DNA from: Lama glama
Lineage: Eukaryota
Direction: 5' to 3'
Assembly: GCA_028534125.1 (NCBI GenBank)
Contig: CM052817.1
Coordinates: 77,874,001-77,938,000 of the forward strand
DNA: 64,000 nucleotides
A program made the position numbers and the translations under genes. Under the pieces are notes generated by a model. The model ran no database searches and was not told where the DNA came from. It saw only the letters and a program-made list of their open reading frames with translations. Positions 37,036-50,121 of the stretch are shown piece by piece. How positions within the stretch are numbered: position 1 is the stretch's first letter; each line of letters starts with the position of its first letter.

Positions 37036-40000
37036 ACTTTTAATTCTCAGTGGAGAAAGAGGCAAGATGGGGAAGTGGGGGAGGGCCAAGATAGGCAGAC
37101 ATGTTTTTTTTCAGCAGCCATTGTGGGAAATGGGAAAAGAAGTCAACCAAGGAGAAGTAACAATACAGAGCATTTGTTTCTTGAAAGATATTTATTGAGT
37201 GCTGTTTACCTCATGATGTGGTGCTGTGTGGCTACAAGAGGGAAAAGAAAACAGCCTTTCTTTGCCAGGCAAATCTAATTGGGGAGCTGATACACAAAAA
37301 TAGCTGCAAATAAGGAGGTATGAGATGAAACCAAGTGAATGTAAGCAGCAAATGCGAAACAAATTCAAAGATGACTGTGGGACTTTCTCTTGGAGAACAA
37401 GAACTTAAAGAGTGCTTGGAGCTTCGGCTGACAGAGAGGGGTGGTGGCCTTGGGAAAGGTTTAATGGAGACCATTAAGTCCAGTTTGGGTCATAAAGGAA
37501 AAGCAAGGAAATAACGTTTTTAGATGTAGCCGTATAAGTAGGACATTATAGGCACAGAACTTGAAAATCAAGGACCAAAAGTGTTTTAAGCACCAAACTA
37601 GCTCACTTTTACCCAGAACATGGTCTTCATGTAATTAGATCACATTTCGATCCTTTTTCTAGAGAGTCTGGTGTGGCAGGCTAAAAATATTGGACTTTAC
37701 CCAGGACATTAGAGAACCACTGAAGGCTTTTAACTTGGGAACAATACGCAGTGATGTTTTAAGAACATTATAATAGCTGACGTAAAGTACAGACTGCAAA
37801 GCTATAGTAACGGTCAAGACATGAAACGCTCAAGAGTATTTGTTTATTTGTTCAGTTTAAATTCCTGTGAGTGCTGTAATTACCAGGAGAATCCCTGGTT
37901 TTGCCTCATTATCTTAGATTCATCAATTTCCCCGTTTTTATCCTTATCAAAGACACCAAGTGTCTTTGATTTGGTTCTTTAATTCTCCCAAATTTTCAGT
38001 CATTTAACAAATCTCCTATTCTTTCCTCTTGATCGTATTTGCTCTATCTTCTGTTGCTCTTTTTGTATGAGTGAGCTGTCCTGTTCTTTGTCCTGACTTT
38101 ATTCAGACACTAGGCCTACACATTTCAGCCTCACTGTGAGAATCCCAACAAACTGATGAGCTGTATCATTCAGTTCCTAATGTCACTGACATATTCCATA
38201 ATATTTTAAGCTTGAATGGCCACTAGTGCTTAATATCATTTTATTATATAAGTTCAACAAAGTAGTTCTGCCTTTTTTTTGGTATGACCAGCATATGAGC
38301 ATATTGAATTTCGTGTGCTTGTATTTGTGAGTGGACGGTAGCTCTAGGAAACCTAGAAGTTTTTACCATTTTTACGAAGTTTTCATTCAATTTTAATTAA
38401 ATTTGAAAGTCATTAAAATTAAGATCAGAAAATTACACACATTACTTTGGTTTTTATACTGTCTTTAAAACATCAAAGTATTGCTGTTGGTTGCTATTTG
38501 AATAAAATGGTTTCTATTTAAAAATTATCTATTTCTGCTTTCTCTTATAGTGACTTAGTATCCAAAAAATAGTGGATATTAAAATGAGATGAAAAGGCAT
38601 CAAGGGTGAAAATGAATAGAAAGAAGTCTTGATCCTGGAATATGGATATGACTGCACACATAGTAGGACCCCTATGCCATTTGAATCTATAGTAATCACC
38701 CTCTAAAAGCATCATTAGAATAGTTTGTAAGTCTCGAAATTATTTTTAAGTTACTTAAGGCTTTAGAAAGTAGAAGTTTCAAGTAATTAATGCTTAATGT
38801 CAATTGTATTGAAGGCAATAAGAAAACATCAAGTTGTTAAAACGGCCTTTTTCATTATGAGATAATTTATGAATGATTCAGTCCTGCCCTTCTGCTTGAA
38901 CACGTCTACTTGAAACCTCTTTTCTTTAGTGAAAGAGGACAATCAAATTTCGTTTTATCTTGAAAGTTCAAGAAGGGGTTAAAAGATGAATAGAAGGAAG
39001 TCTTTACTTCTGGAAAATGAATCTAATTTTGAAGTTCAACTGGAATAAGCAATTGCTAAATTTTGTATGAAAATTATATGTAACTTCATAATTAACTGAT
39101 TATTTGATCTGTTAAATAAACAAAGCATAATGTTTCTTAAAGCCTATGAATAAATACTTCTTTCCAAGCATGACAAATTAAGTGAAAACAGAGGGAGTGA
39201 ACAAAGATGGGAGGGGGTCAGGGATCTGTATCTGCATGGAGGAAGAGGGCAGTACTTTTGGGGAGTGCAATTTACATGAGCATCTGGGTCTTTTGTCATG
39301 TTTTGGACGGATGACCTAAGTCTGATATACTGATGAATAGCATTAACAAAGGTCTGGTTGTCAAAGGCTAGGAAGAAAAATGCAATTAGCCACAGCAATG
39401 AGGTGATGTCTGTGTTTGGGAGAGAAATGGATACCTAACTGGCTATAGGAAACACTGAAATGATACCGTCAGTAAATGGCTGGATTTGTGTGTGGGGCGG
39501 GGGGCGGGTATCTGTTATATAGTGATTTTAATTCAGTGGAATATGACCAAAAAAGTTTTTTTTGGGGGTAATATTTGGTTTATGTGCTGAAAGTGGATAT
39601 GTACTTGTTACTAACGAAATGACACATTAATCTCAATACATTTGTAATTTATAACACACTAATTTCACCAACCTGCCATTTGCAATGCTATTTGTTTCTA
39701 TTTAAAGAAAAAAATAGAATTAAATAAAAGTGCACTGGAGTTCAAAAGAAGTTTGCTCTTTTTTGGTTTAATTTTTTTTTTCTTTATAAACTGTGCCATC
39801 CAGAGTAGAGAACCATATCTAATCTCCCAATTAGGTCAGGCCCTAGGATAATCAATCTCTTTAACAGCAGATGCCTTGTTTTAGCAAATGAATGCTTGGT
39901 TTCAAAAGAAGTTTTGTGTTGAGAGAGGAGTGCAGTTGGCATGGGTGATTAGAACTCTTTTAAACCCTATAAAAAGCTTCTGGAGATTGTTTTATCCCCA

Positions 40001-41399
40001 CACTTTGGGAACTGAAGTAAATGCTGTATATATCCATCTTAAAATGAACATGGTGGGGAGTTTCTACAGCCTGTGAGAACATCTGCATGCATATAAATGG
40101 ACTTACTTGAAGTTCAAAGTATTTTAATGCCCATTTGAATTACACTGTGATTTTGATAACATCTAAAAAGTAGTGTATATTTTTTCAGTATGGTGTTCTT
40201 TGTATTTATTAAGTAAGCTCCTTATGGTAATAACTTAATTAATAGATTAGCATTTTTTAGACTGAAAATACAGTAAGTTAACATGATTCTCATATTTACT
40301 TTTTGGACTACATTAATACTAGTTTGTGAATGCCCTTCTTCATATCTGATGCTTTTTCAGTTCATATTCATACCATATGCACATGGGCAGTGTGTAAGAC
40401 AACTTTGAAATCAAGAAGAAATAATTTAAAATTAAAGTTTATAAGCGATATGTATTAAGTTAAAACTATAGATTGAATTAATTTTGCTCACAATTCAACT
40501 CACTTAATCTAAAGTATTGAAATATAGTGAAATATTTTTCAGTATGGTACAATGAAAAATTCTAAGGCTTTAGTAAATTATTTTAGATAATCATTGTTCA
40601 AAATTTGATTGCTGGAACTCATCAGTGATGCCTGAGAGTGATACATAAAATAATTCAGGAGGCCACAAATTACTTATTGCCTTTTTTTAAGGAGGACAGA
40701 TTACATAATTAAAAGCATACATTGAAACATTTGCAAAGTAGTCAAGAAAAAAGCATTTACCAACATATTTTGGATATTACTATTCCAACTTTATTGTATA
40801 ATGGTCAGTTCTACCAATTTTTCTCCCTTTTTAAAAATTGTTTCAATCATGACTAATCTTTGGAAAGTAAATGTTTTTCAGTGAAGGCTGATAAAACATC
40901 TGAAGAAAAATTAAAAGTGGATGGTCTTTAAGAAACATTAATGCTAATTACTGTTTACTTTTCACACAACTCAAATGTCAGTAAATGTATAGGATTACAT
41001 TATTTTTTCAAGTAAGGTTTTAAGGCTAAATTGGTAGGTAAGGCAGAGATCCAGTGAAACCAGATTTTAAAATACAGCCATTCTTAATAATAACAAATAC
41101 CAAAAAAGAACTGTGATGTTCATTTGTACTTATTCTACTGTATAACAGCATTTTAATATGATTAATAGGATGGCTTCTGTATATTAGGAACTTCTGTATA
41201 TTAAAAAATTCAACTGGAAGACAATTTAATGCCCAGATTCATTACTCAGCTACATTTTAGATTTAAAACTTAATTATTGTAGCAGGTCAGGCAGTATACA
41301 TTTGATTTAATGAAATTAACACTTAGGTTTACACAATAGTTTTCTTACTTAGATCTCAATGATTTTCAGAATCCAGAGATTTCCCCACATTGTACTCAT

Positions 41400-42280
41400 T
41401 GCAGTTGGTAATTATTTATTTGCACAATCAGTTGATTAATAGCTGCTTCTCTCACTACACTGTTAGCTCTAAAAAGGAAAGGTCTGAGCCAGCTTTCCCA
41501 CCTCATAGCCAGGACCTTCAGCATAGTCTTTGGCATGTGATAGAAACTCTTTAAGAGGTGTGGAATATATGTTAGAATATGACTGAGCATTTAGTGCACT
41601 TTGGATTCCACAGAATATTTTCCTGTACATTTTATATTTTGGGGTTCTCCATCCTTCTTAAAGTTGGCTTTTGTGATAATTCTCAGTTCTCGTTTCTTTC
41701 TCACCTCCTTGGCTGTGCCATTTCTATCTCCCTTCATGACTTTGTTTTAATTTCTAGTTCCTTAAGGCAAGCATTAAGTTCTGCCTTGCCCTTTACTGTT
41801 TTTCTCTTTTATACACGTTCTCTCAATTAACCATGACCTCTGATTCTCAAATCTAAATCTCTAATCCCAGTCTCTCCCTCAAACCATAGTTGGCATCTTC
41901 TAGGTATTCTCTGTACATTTCCAATCAGGTGTCCATCTTTAAAGCCAACAGATACATGACTAAATTCACCGTCTTTCATCCTATATCAATTATGCCTTGT
42001 GCTTCTCTGTCCCAGGAGAAGCACTGCTTTTCCTCTTTTTGCTCTTCCTTCATCTTTGCTTTTATGGAGACCTATCAGGTTTGTCTCTCACTCAGGGTCC
42101 ATAGTTTCATCCCAGTTGCCATCACACTAGCTGACCTCTTGGCTGTCTCATGTCTGTCCTTTGGTTATGGCCTTTATACTTCCCCTTCTCTGTGATGGTT
42201 TACTTGGCTGTAATACGTCTTGTACACTGGCACCATGGTAACTTTTCTAAATCATTGCTTTCACCACATAATTTTTCTCT
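41400..42280 (+). mobile_element. L2 fragments
   Basis: Pyrimidine-rich decayed L2 sequence, e.g. tgattctcaaatctaaatctctaatcccagtctctcc and cccacctcatagccaggaccttcagcatagtctttggcatgtgatag. Confidence 0.55.
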
Positions 42281-42289
42281 TAAAAATTT

Positions 42290-42620
42290 TTGGTCAATTC
42301 ATAATTTGAACATTGTCTGTGTATTTAATGATATTAAGGAATTATTATTTTTTAGATTTGATAGTGGTATTGAGATTGTATTAAAAGAAAAACAGGTCCT
42401 TATATTTTATACATGCATACTGAAATATTTATGAATAATTGATGTGATGCCTGGGAATTGATTCAAAACATATGGAGTGAGAATACATGGATGAGAGTAT
42501 AGATTGACTAAGACAGGCCAGAGTTGATGCTCACTGAGACTAGATGATGGGTACATGGAGGTTCACTATACAGTTCTTTATAATATTGCATATGTTTGAA
42601 ATTTTGCATAATAAAAAATT
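42290..42620 (+). mobile_element. L1ME/MC-type 3' end
   Basis: gatgatgggtacatggaggttcactatac...tatgtttgaaattttgcataataaaaaa. Confidence 0.75.
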
Positions 42621-42836
42621 TTATTTTAAATCAACTCTAGTTCTTTAAGTGCTCATAAAATAAAGTCCAAGCTCTTTATTTAGAAGTTCAAAGCCACAAG
42701 TCAATCCCAGTCTGTCTTCCCAGTGTGTCACTGGCCAATGTCCACTACATATGTCCTCTGCTGACAGAGCAGATCTGCAGACTTTCTCTATGGAAGTCTC
42801 TAATAAGAGATGTGCCTTTTTCTAAATGTCCCATTT

Positions 42837-44233
42837 TCATAACTTTGGACCCTTAACACTTTTCAAATTCAGCAGCTCCTTTTCCTGCTTCTTTTCTCCA
42901 GTTTGAAGGCTAATTTGTATTCTCTAGTCTCTGTTCCCTATGCTCTTCTATTATAGCTTGCTGTCCTGCCCTTTTATTTTCTTTGCTTTCATTTTTAGAG
43001 TGTGGTTGAGTTGATACCTTAGGCAGACCACTGTCATTAATCATCTGCACTTATTAACTTGCTTTGCTGTGAGTCCTTTCTTTGGTAAACAGCTAAGAGG
43101 TATTCTTATTTTGGTAAATATTTAGATTTGCTCAGGCTTTGGTTGATACTTGATAAGCTAAGGATGGTTGAATAAATGAGAGCATGTGCTGCAAATGAAT
43201 TCACGATCCCACTTCTCTTTTGCTTCTTCTAGAATAATAGAAAGCGTCTCTTCATCCTCAGACCATCAGTCTCATTTACTGGCACACTTCATCCTCAAAG
43301 CTGTAAAGTGTTTTCAAGTTTACACAATTCTCTGCCTTCTCTTTATGTTCGTCATTCAAAACTTCATGTAACCAATTGCTACCTACATGAATGGAATCCT
43401 CCAATTTGGCATCATCCAGAGCACCAATCTTATCATCTTATTGCTCATAAAACTCAAACTGCTCATTTAGGGTCAGCTGTTCATTTTTCTCATGACTGAG
43501 AAAGTAATAGAATTCTCTATGAGGTGATTTTTTATTTCTCTGAAATGGCTTCCTATGACTCCGTGAGGTTTGTCCAGCCAGATAAATCATCTTCATTTGA
43601 GAATGGGCTTTACAACTCAGAGCCATCATTTCTCCCATCACTTTTCTTCTCATCCATATCTTCCTACTCACTGACATTTTCAGCTTCAGATTTCTGTACA
43701 TCCATTCCCACTTCCCCTCTTGTTCCCCCAAAAGTCTGGAAGGTAAAATCATCTTCACATGGACTCTCTGGATCATCAAAGTTGAAATCATCACCAAGAG
43801 CTGAAACAATGTCAGGATCCACATCCAGTCGAGGGCCCAAAATAAGAGCTTCTTTATTACCAATTCAATACCTTCCTTTAACTCTGATGCAAATGCTGAC
43901 TAAGGCACTTAATTCTGGGGCCTAGAATTCCTTTAAGTTTCTTCTTTCTCCTCTCTCCAGTTAGGTGCACTAAAGGTATTTTGGATTTCAGCATGGAGGG
44001 CCCAGATGATTCTTTCAAGTGCTGTAGGCAGTTATCATCATCATCAAAGAGCTCTTTATACTTCCTCTGTTTTGCTCACATCCTTCATCATTTGTTTTCT
44101 GTGTAGGCAGCAGAACCCTCTGGGATGCATCTGCATCTGCTGCTAAAGACTCTGTGATTTGAATGGACCGTGTGGAAAGGACACAGTTTATCTCTCTATA
44201 AAGGGCTTCCCCTCATTCTATTGCTGTGAACAA
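42837..44233 (-). pseudogene. LTV1: Processed (intronless) LTV1 ribosome biogenesis factor pseudogene, near full-length, with many stops and frameshifts
   Basis: Minus-strand translation gives QRVLLPTQK, GPRLDVDPDIVSALGDDFNFDDPESPCEDDF, NEQLTLNEQFEFYEQ*DDKIGALDDAKLEDSIHVGSNWLHEVLND, LEEAKEKWDREFICSTCSHLFNHP*LIKYQPKPEQI* and QEKELLNLK. These are collinear with LTV1 over about 1.4 kb with no introns. Confidence 0.93.
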
Positions 44234-45699
44234 TAGACCTGAAGGCCCCAGAGCATGTGACACATCTTAGAATTGGACAAGGCCCAGATAGCAGCCACGT
44301 CTTAAGGCTGTGCCATACATCTACCCTCAGACTTCAAAGTACAGGTCTGAGGAATTGGCTCGGAGACATGATAAAAGCTACAAATATTGTTTCACCCAAC
44401 AATGCCTAGAAACACCTCATCTCTGCCTCAGCCACACCTGCAAGGTCAGCCAAAGCTGTCAAAATAGTCTCAGATTACCTGTCTGACTACATGCCCACTC
44501 AGGCCTGAAAGCCCACATAGCCTAACACAGTACAGCCCCGGCCTTGAGCAGAACATCACTTTCCCATGCTATTTTGTCCCCTCCCTCATCCTTTTCTTAT
44601 TTATTTCTCAGGATTCCCTATTCATTTACCAAGACGTTGGAGTCTGAGTGGATCAATAAGTACTACTCCTTTCTCCCCATCCTGAGTCTGGAACCAACCC
44701 AGAGACAGATGTAGGCTCTCAAGAGAAGAAAACTTAATAGATCACTTTTATTAAACAGAAAGCTGATTTCTAGAATCAGAGTATTCCAGACATTGTTCTT
44801 TTAAATTAAACTCTTAACCTCTGGATTCCATATGACCACTGAGTGCTATTTTTCCCTTACTTAACCCAAAAATGTGATTTATTCTTTCATAATATAAACC
44901 TCCACTAATTGTTATTTGTTCATTAGTAAGTCTACTAATTTTACCTAGTTAAACTGGGATTTCTTGAGACCTATAGCTAAATAGTTATGCACTTCCAATT
45001 TAGACAGGGTTACCTACTTTGCCACTGGCACAGCTGACAAGCACAAGCCTCCCTCTTAGGGCAGGTCTCTTACTCCATCACAGAGAGCTGTGCATGGCTT
45101 CCAGTTCAGGCTGTCATTGAAGGAAGAGTGGTTCGTACTGAATGGCCCAGATGTTCCTCCCAAACTGTCCTATCAGGTACATCACTCCACACCTGGTTGA
45201 AGCAGAAGTCAGAAAGGTTGCTTCAGTCGATGAACTTCTACATACAACCTGAAGCCAGGTAAATGGAACTCCCCTCCCAGTAGATGTATTCTCTATCCAT
45301 CAGTATGTGAGAGGTAATTTCAGGGCCCCCATCCCTCCCCCAGTCTTCAGGCTGAGCTAGCCCAGAGGCAGCTGTTTCTGAAGGCTGAGCAATCCTCAGA
45401 AGAAAGTACCAGGAACATATCTAGTCTCATCCCTGATGATAATTGCTATTGTTTTACAGATAACTGCTAGTCAGTGAAAAGGTTCAGATTTAGATAACAG
45501 AAAGTTTAGTTAGAAAGATCAAATCAAATTGCTTCCATTTGACTTTCATGTTTTTTTCCCTCCAGTTTGAATTACAAAACAGGAAATGGGAATGACCATT
45601 TGTTAGCATTATAACGTAGCAAGTAGAGAGAAAATTAAATTTTTGCAAATATAAATGAGTGCATTAAGAGCAAGAAATTACTATTATGAAATCCCAAAA

Positions 45700-46852
45700 T
45701 TAATTTGTATCTTAGTTATACACAATATTCCTTTTCCTTCTTTTTAAATTTTGTCATCTAATGGATTAATTGTGCCCTTTCTTGGATTCCATTTTACCTG
45801 CGTAGTTTATTAGCTGTAACTCTTTGCTTTATTACTTGCTAGGTTATTTTAAAGTGTGTATTATACATCTTTACTTCATCACAGTCTACCTCCAAGTGAT
45901 AGTATTTCACACACAGAATGAAGACTTTAAGTAGACTTCCATTACTTTGCTCTGCCTTTCTGCTCCTGTTGTCATACGCTTCACTTCTAGATGTTATTAA
46001 GCACCTAATATATTATCATTTTCACTTTGAACAGTTGATTATATTTGAAATGTATATCGAAATATATTTAAATAATAATTTAGAAACTTTCTTTATATTT
46101 ACCCTCTTGATTACGAGATCCAATGGCTCTTACGTCCATTGAGGAGATACAAGTTTCCATCTGGTATCATTTTACTTCTGCTTGAAGGACTTTAACATTT
46201 TTTGTAGGGCTCACCTCAATTTTTCCCTGTCTCCAAAGGATTACTGTCCTTCATTGCCTGATATCCAGTGTTCTGAATGCTGTTGTTTCATGTGTTTTGT
46301 CTGTTTCTTCAGTTGTTTCAAGAAGGAATGTAAATCTAGCCTCTCTTATTCAATGTTGAATGAAAGTGGAAGTCCCATTGGTGGATTTTTTTAATGTTTC
46401 CCCAGTCTTACATACTTGTATAAACTCCACTTGGTCATGATGCACCATTCTTTTTATTTATTGCTGGACTGGGTTTGCTAATAGTTTGTTGAAGAATTTT
46501 ACATCTGTTTTCATAATGGATATTAGTCTGTGCTTTTCTTTCCTCATAATATCTTTATCTGGTTTTGATGTCAGGGTAATGCAACCTTTATAAAATGAAT
46601 TGGGAAGTATTTTCTCCTCTTCTAGTGTCTGCAGCAAGTTGTGTATAATTTATTTTATTTCTTTATTAAAGTTTGGGTAGAATTTACCAGTGAAAATATT
46701 TGAACCTGGAGTTTTCTTTGTTGGAAGATTTTTAAGGAAAAATTCAATTTCTTTAATAGATACAGGACTATTGAGATTACCTTTTTCGTCTTGAGTGAGG
46801 TATGATACTTTGGGTCTTTTAAAGAATTGGTCAGTTTCATCAAAGTTGCCAA
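45700..46852 (-). mobile_element. Old L1M fragments; ORF2 remnant at about 46390-46850
   Basis: cacttggtcatgatgc...gggtttgctaatagtttgttgaagaattttacatctg...ggtagaatttaccagtgaaa. Confidence 0.7.
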
Positions 46853-47419
46853 AAGCAGTTTCTGGGGAATGGTGCAGGCGAAAACCAAACTGGAGTGGAT
46901 TGAAGATCTTTAGAGGAGTTTTTGTACAAAAAGTAGCACATAATGTGGTAGTTTCTGAAAAGAAATCGGTTCAAGAGAAGTCTTTAAATTTTTTTTAATA
47001 TAAAGAGAATAATATATGGTGATGAGAATAACCCAGTAGAAAATTCTTGCTGTCCATTGTTTAATTCATATGATTAGTGTGCAATCAAATGGGATAAAAG
47101 ATATACAAACTGATTTTAAATTGCCAAGTTGTATCTGAAGAGAGTTTTAATATGAATTTAGTGCACATTCTTCTTGATCTTTCACCCTTGCATCCTAGAT
47201 CAAGGCAGATAACTGAGTATATCTAGTCAAGAACTTCTCCACCAGCTTGAAAAAACAAGCTTCTGGGAAACTGATGGTTTTCAGGCCTAATTCCAAATGA
47301 GAGTTATTATAGTTGAGGGGGAAGATGTTTTATTATACATTACTACTGTCTCCTGTTTTCCCATTTACTTTCCCACAACTTGATATTTTATTTCTAAAAT
47401 GGGAAATGAAAAATTATGC

Positions 47420-48992
47420 TGATAACTTATACTCAGTTGTGAAAATAGGCACTGAGTGGAGCCAACAAGATACTCTAATGCCCTTAGAAGAAGGGGGAGA
47501 GTCTCAGCAGCTGGTATGCAAACAGTTATACAGGAGACAGGGGTTGAGAGATGAACCCTGATGACTGAGATCAACAAATTATCTTTAATTTGGAGCCAGT
47601 CATCATGCAAAGAGCTGGGACAAAAGTGAGCTCGGCAAAGCATACCATAAATTCAAAATCCCGAGGGGGAAAAACGTCATGTTATTTAATGCATAGTGCG
47701 ACAGAATACAGTGATGGTGGAGTGTGTTAGAAGGTGGGATCTCAGATACAAGACAGGGTCCAAATTATTAGGGATTTGGGAGCTATGGTTTAAAAAATTG
47801 CATTTTATTGTATAGTTGATTCTAAATAGAGGATTTCTATTTTTAAATGATCACTTAGGCTGCTGCATAGAAGATGGACTGCAGCAAGAATAGAGGTTGA
47901 TAGACTATTGTGGTAATTCATAAGATGGTGGTGTTATACACTAGGGTGGAGAGGAAGTGAAGTAGATGGGTTTGGGGTATACTTTGGAGGTAGAACTCAA
48001 AATCTGAAATTCTGCAGCTTACTCATCATATGCCTTTGGCCAGATTTAAAAAACTTCTTTTACATTGTTTCTCATCTGTAGAATGGGGATTATGGGAATA
48101 TTAAATAACACATATAAAATATGAAGTGTATACTACGATGTCTGACATGTAGCAGTCACTTAATAAATAGTAGCCATCTTTCCTGTGTTTTTGTAGCCCT
48201 AAGTGATCTTCCTGGGTCCAGTTCTCTCTCCACACAAACATTTGTCTACATTGCCACCAAGACTATCCTGTAAGTCACAGATTACATCACTCCATTGTTT
48301 AAGAAACCCTTTAAATCCTTCTAATCAGCATAAACTTAATGGCATATATCAAGGACACTCATCTGTCTTTTCATCTGTCACATTATTTTTCTCCCCTTTA
48401 CCATAGACTCCGGACTAGTGTTTCGTAAATTTTAATGTGCCTACAGCTCACCAGGGATCTTATTAAAATGCAGGCTCTACTTTAGAAGATCTGAGGTTCT
48501 GCATTCCTAACAAGCTTCCAGGGGATGCTGCTTCTGCTGGTCCCTGGGCCTCACTTTGAGAAGCATAGGTCTAGAGTATTTAATGTCCCTGAAGGTTACT
48601 TTGTGTTCCTGCAACTTTGGCTCTTCTCATCAGTCTGATCTCACTGTCAGGAGTGACCTTTCGTTATTTCTCAGCTTAATGAAATCATTCTCATCTTTCA
48701 AGGTCTATCTAGCTCAAAGGTCACTTTCTCTAAGAAATGTTCTTCAAACATCCATTTTATTCACCATCATAGCTTTCCAAATGTTTGGTTTCTCTATTCC
48801 CGACAGTATTTTGTAAATAGATTTATCACAGCATGTATCCTTTTGCAATACTGCTGATATTTAGATCAGCGGTCTTGTCAGATGGTGCTTCGTAAGGTCA
48901 AGCAGGTGTCTCTGTTTCTTCCTTAAGTTGCACAGCTCCCTGTGCAGAGGGCACTTGGCAGGCGCTCAGTAAATATTTCTTGAATAAATGAA
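47420..48992. mobile_element. Patchwork of L2 and MIR fragments with a MER5A-type MITE at about 48415-48568
   Basis: MER5A: ctcaccagggatcttattaaaatgcag...ctgcattcctaacaagcttccaggggatgctg...cactttgag. L2 tail: ggcaggcgctcagtaaatatttcttgaataaatgaa. MIR: tttctcatctgtagaatggggat. Confidence 0.65.
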
Positions 48993-50041
48993 ACTGATAC
49001 ATACTTTCAAAAAGTGGTGAATCACTCTGTACAGTAAATGTTATCCCAAGTAAATTAAAAAGTTTTTTTTTTACCTTAAATTATTGATTTTGCATTTCTT
49101 TATGTAAAATACTACCTTTTCTTCTTAAATTTTCTTCAGTGTTCTAGCTGGTCACCCAGAGCAATAATATATACATAATATATATCTATTAACTCTTAAC
49201 AGAGCAATATATCTTTTCGAGGTTGGAAAGCCTCTGACTTTCTATTAACTAATGCCAAGCTAAAATTTATAAAGATTATGCACACTGTGACTAATGATTT
49301 TTTTCTGACTGTGCTACCAGAGAGTAATATGGTTAAATTTTTTGCCTGAAGCTGGTGAGAAATGAGAAAAAGAGTGGGAATATAACTGCCTTTTAAACAT
49401 TTAAATTATATAAAAAGAAGAATAGGAATGTTACTTAATATATGTTTTAATATTTATAGCCAAATCCAAAAATTTTATTTCAAACTTTTAAGAAATTATA
49501 TTTATCTAATAGAGTAATTTGACTTGCATTGGATGAAAAGTTTCTTAAGGAGATGCATGTACAATTACGCCCATTTCTCAAGAATTCTTTAGCCTTTATG
49601 AAATTTTCTCAAGAAGAGAAATCAGGTTAACCCTCCAACCCCACCCTACCAGGTTCCCAACCTGGGAAAATCTCTTCAAGAACTCTAAGAACTCCTTGCT
49701 TACTTTGTAACATAAAATGAGCACATTCTCTAAAACGGCTAAGCTGGAGCTATGTATAGCCATCAAAGCTTGGACGGTTCTGTTCTCAGGGCTGATGAAT
49801 TGTGTTTTCCATATGCACAACTCTTGGTGTTGCTGATTTCAGTTAAGTAGACTTTCAAATTTTAATTTGCATAGCATTAACACTTTCCCCTGAGAAGTGA
49901 CAGTTTTATGGAGACATTTCCTTGACTGTTCTCATGCAATTAAAAAAAAATCCACGGGGCATTCATTAACACTTCTAAAAGTGATAGGCTCTGTTTTTAT
50001 GCCATTTTCATTTGCACTGCTTTTGATTTTGCCATAACTAA

Positions 50042-50121
50042 TCAAAAGGGAATTTAGGGTAATATAAACAATGCTTTTTGGTCAAAAGGGAATTTAGGGT
50101 GATATAAACAATGCTTTTTGG
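50042..50121. repeat. Tandem duplication, 2 x 40 bp
   Basis: tcaaaagggaatttagggt(a/g)atataaacaatgctttttgg occurs twice with one mismatch. Confidence 0.95.

Noticed and set aside
43438..43925. 141-aa and 133-aa ORFs as possible novel genes or a functional retrogene
   Set aside because: They are off-frame and antisense readings of the LTV1 pseudogene; the LTV1 frame itself has multiple stops and frameshifts.
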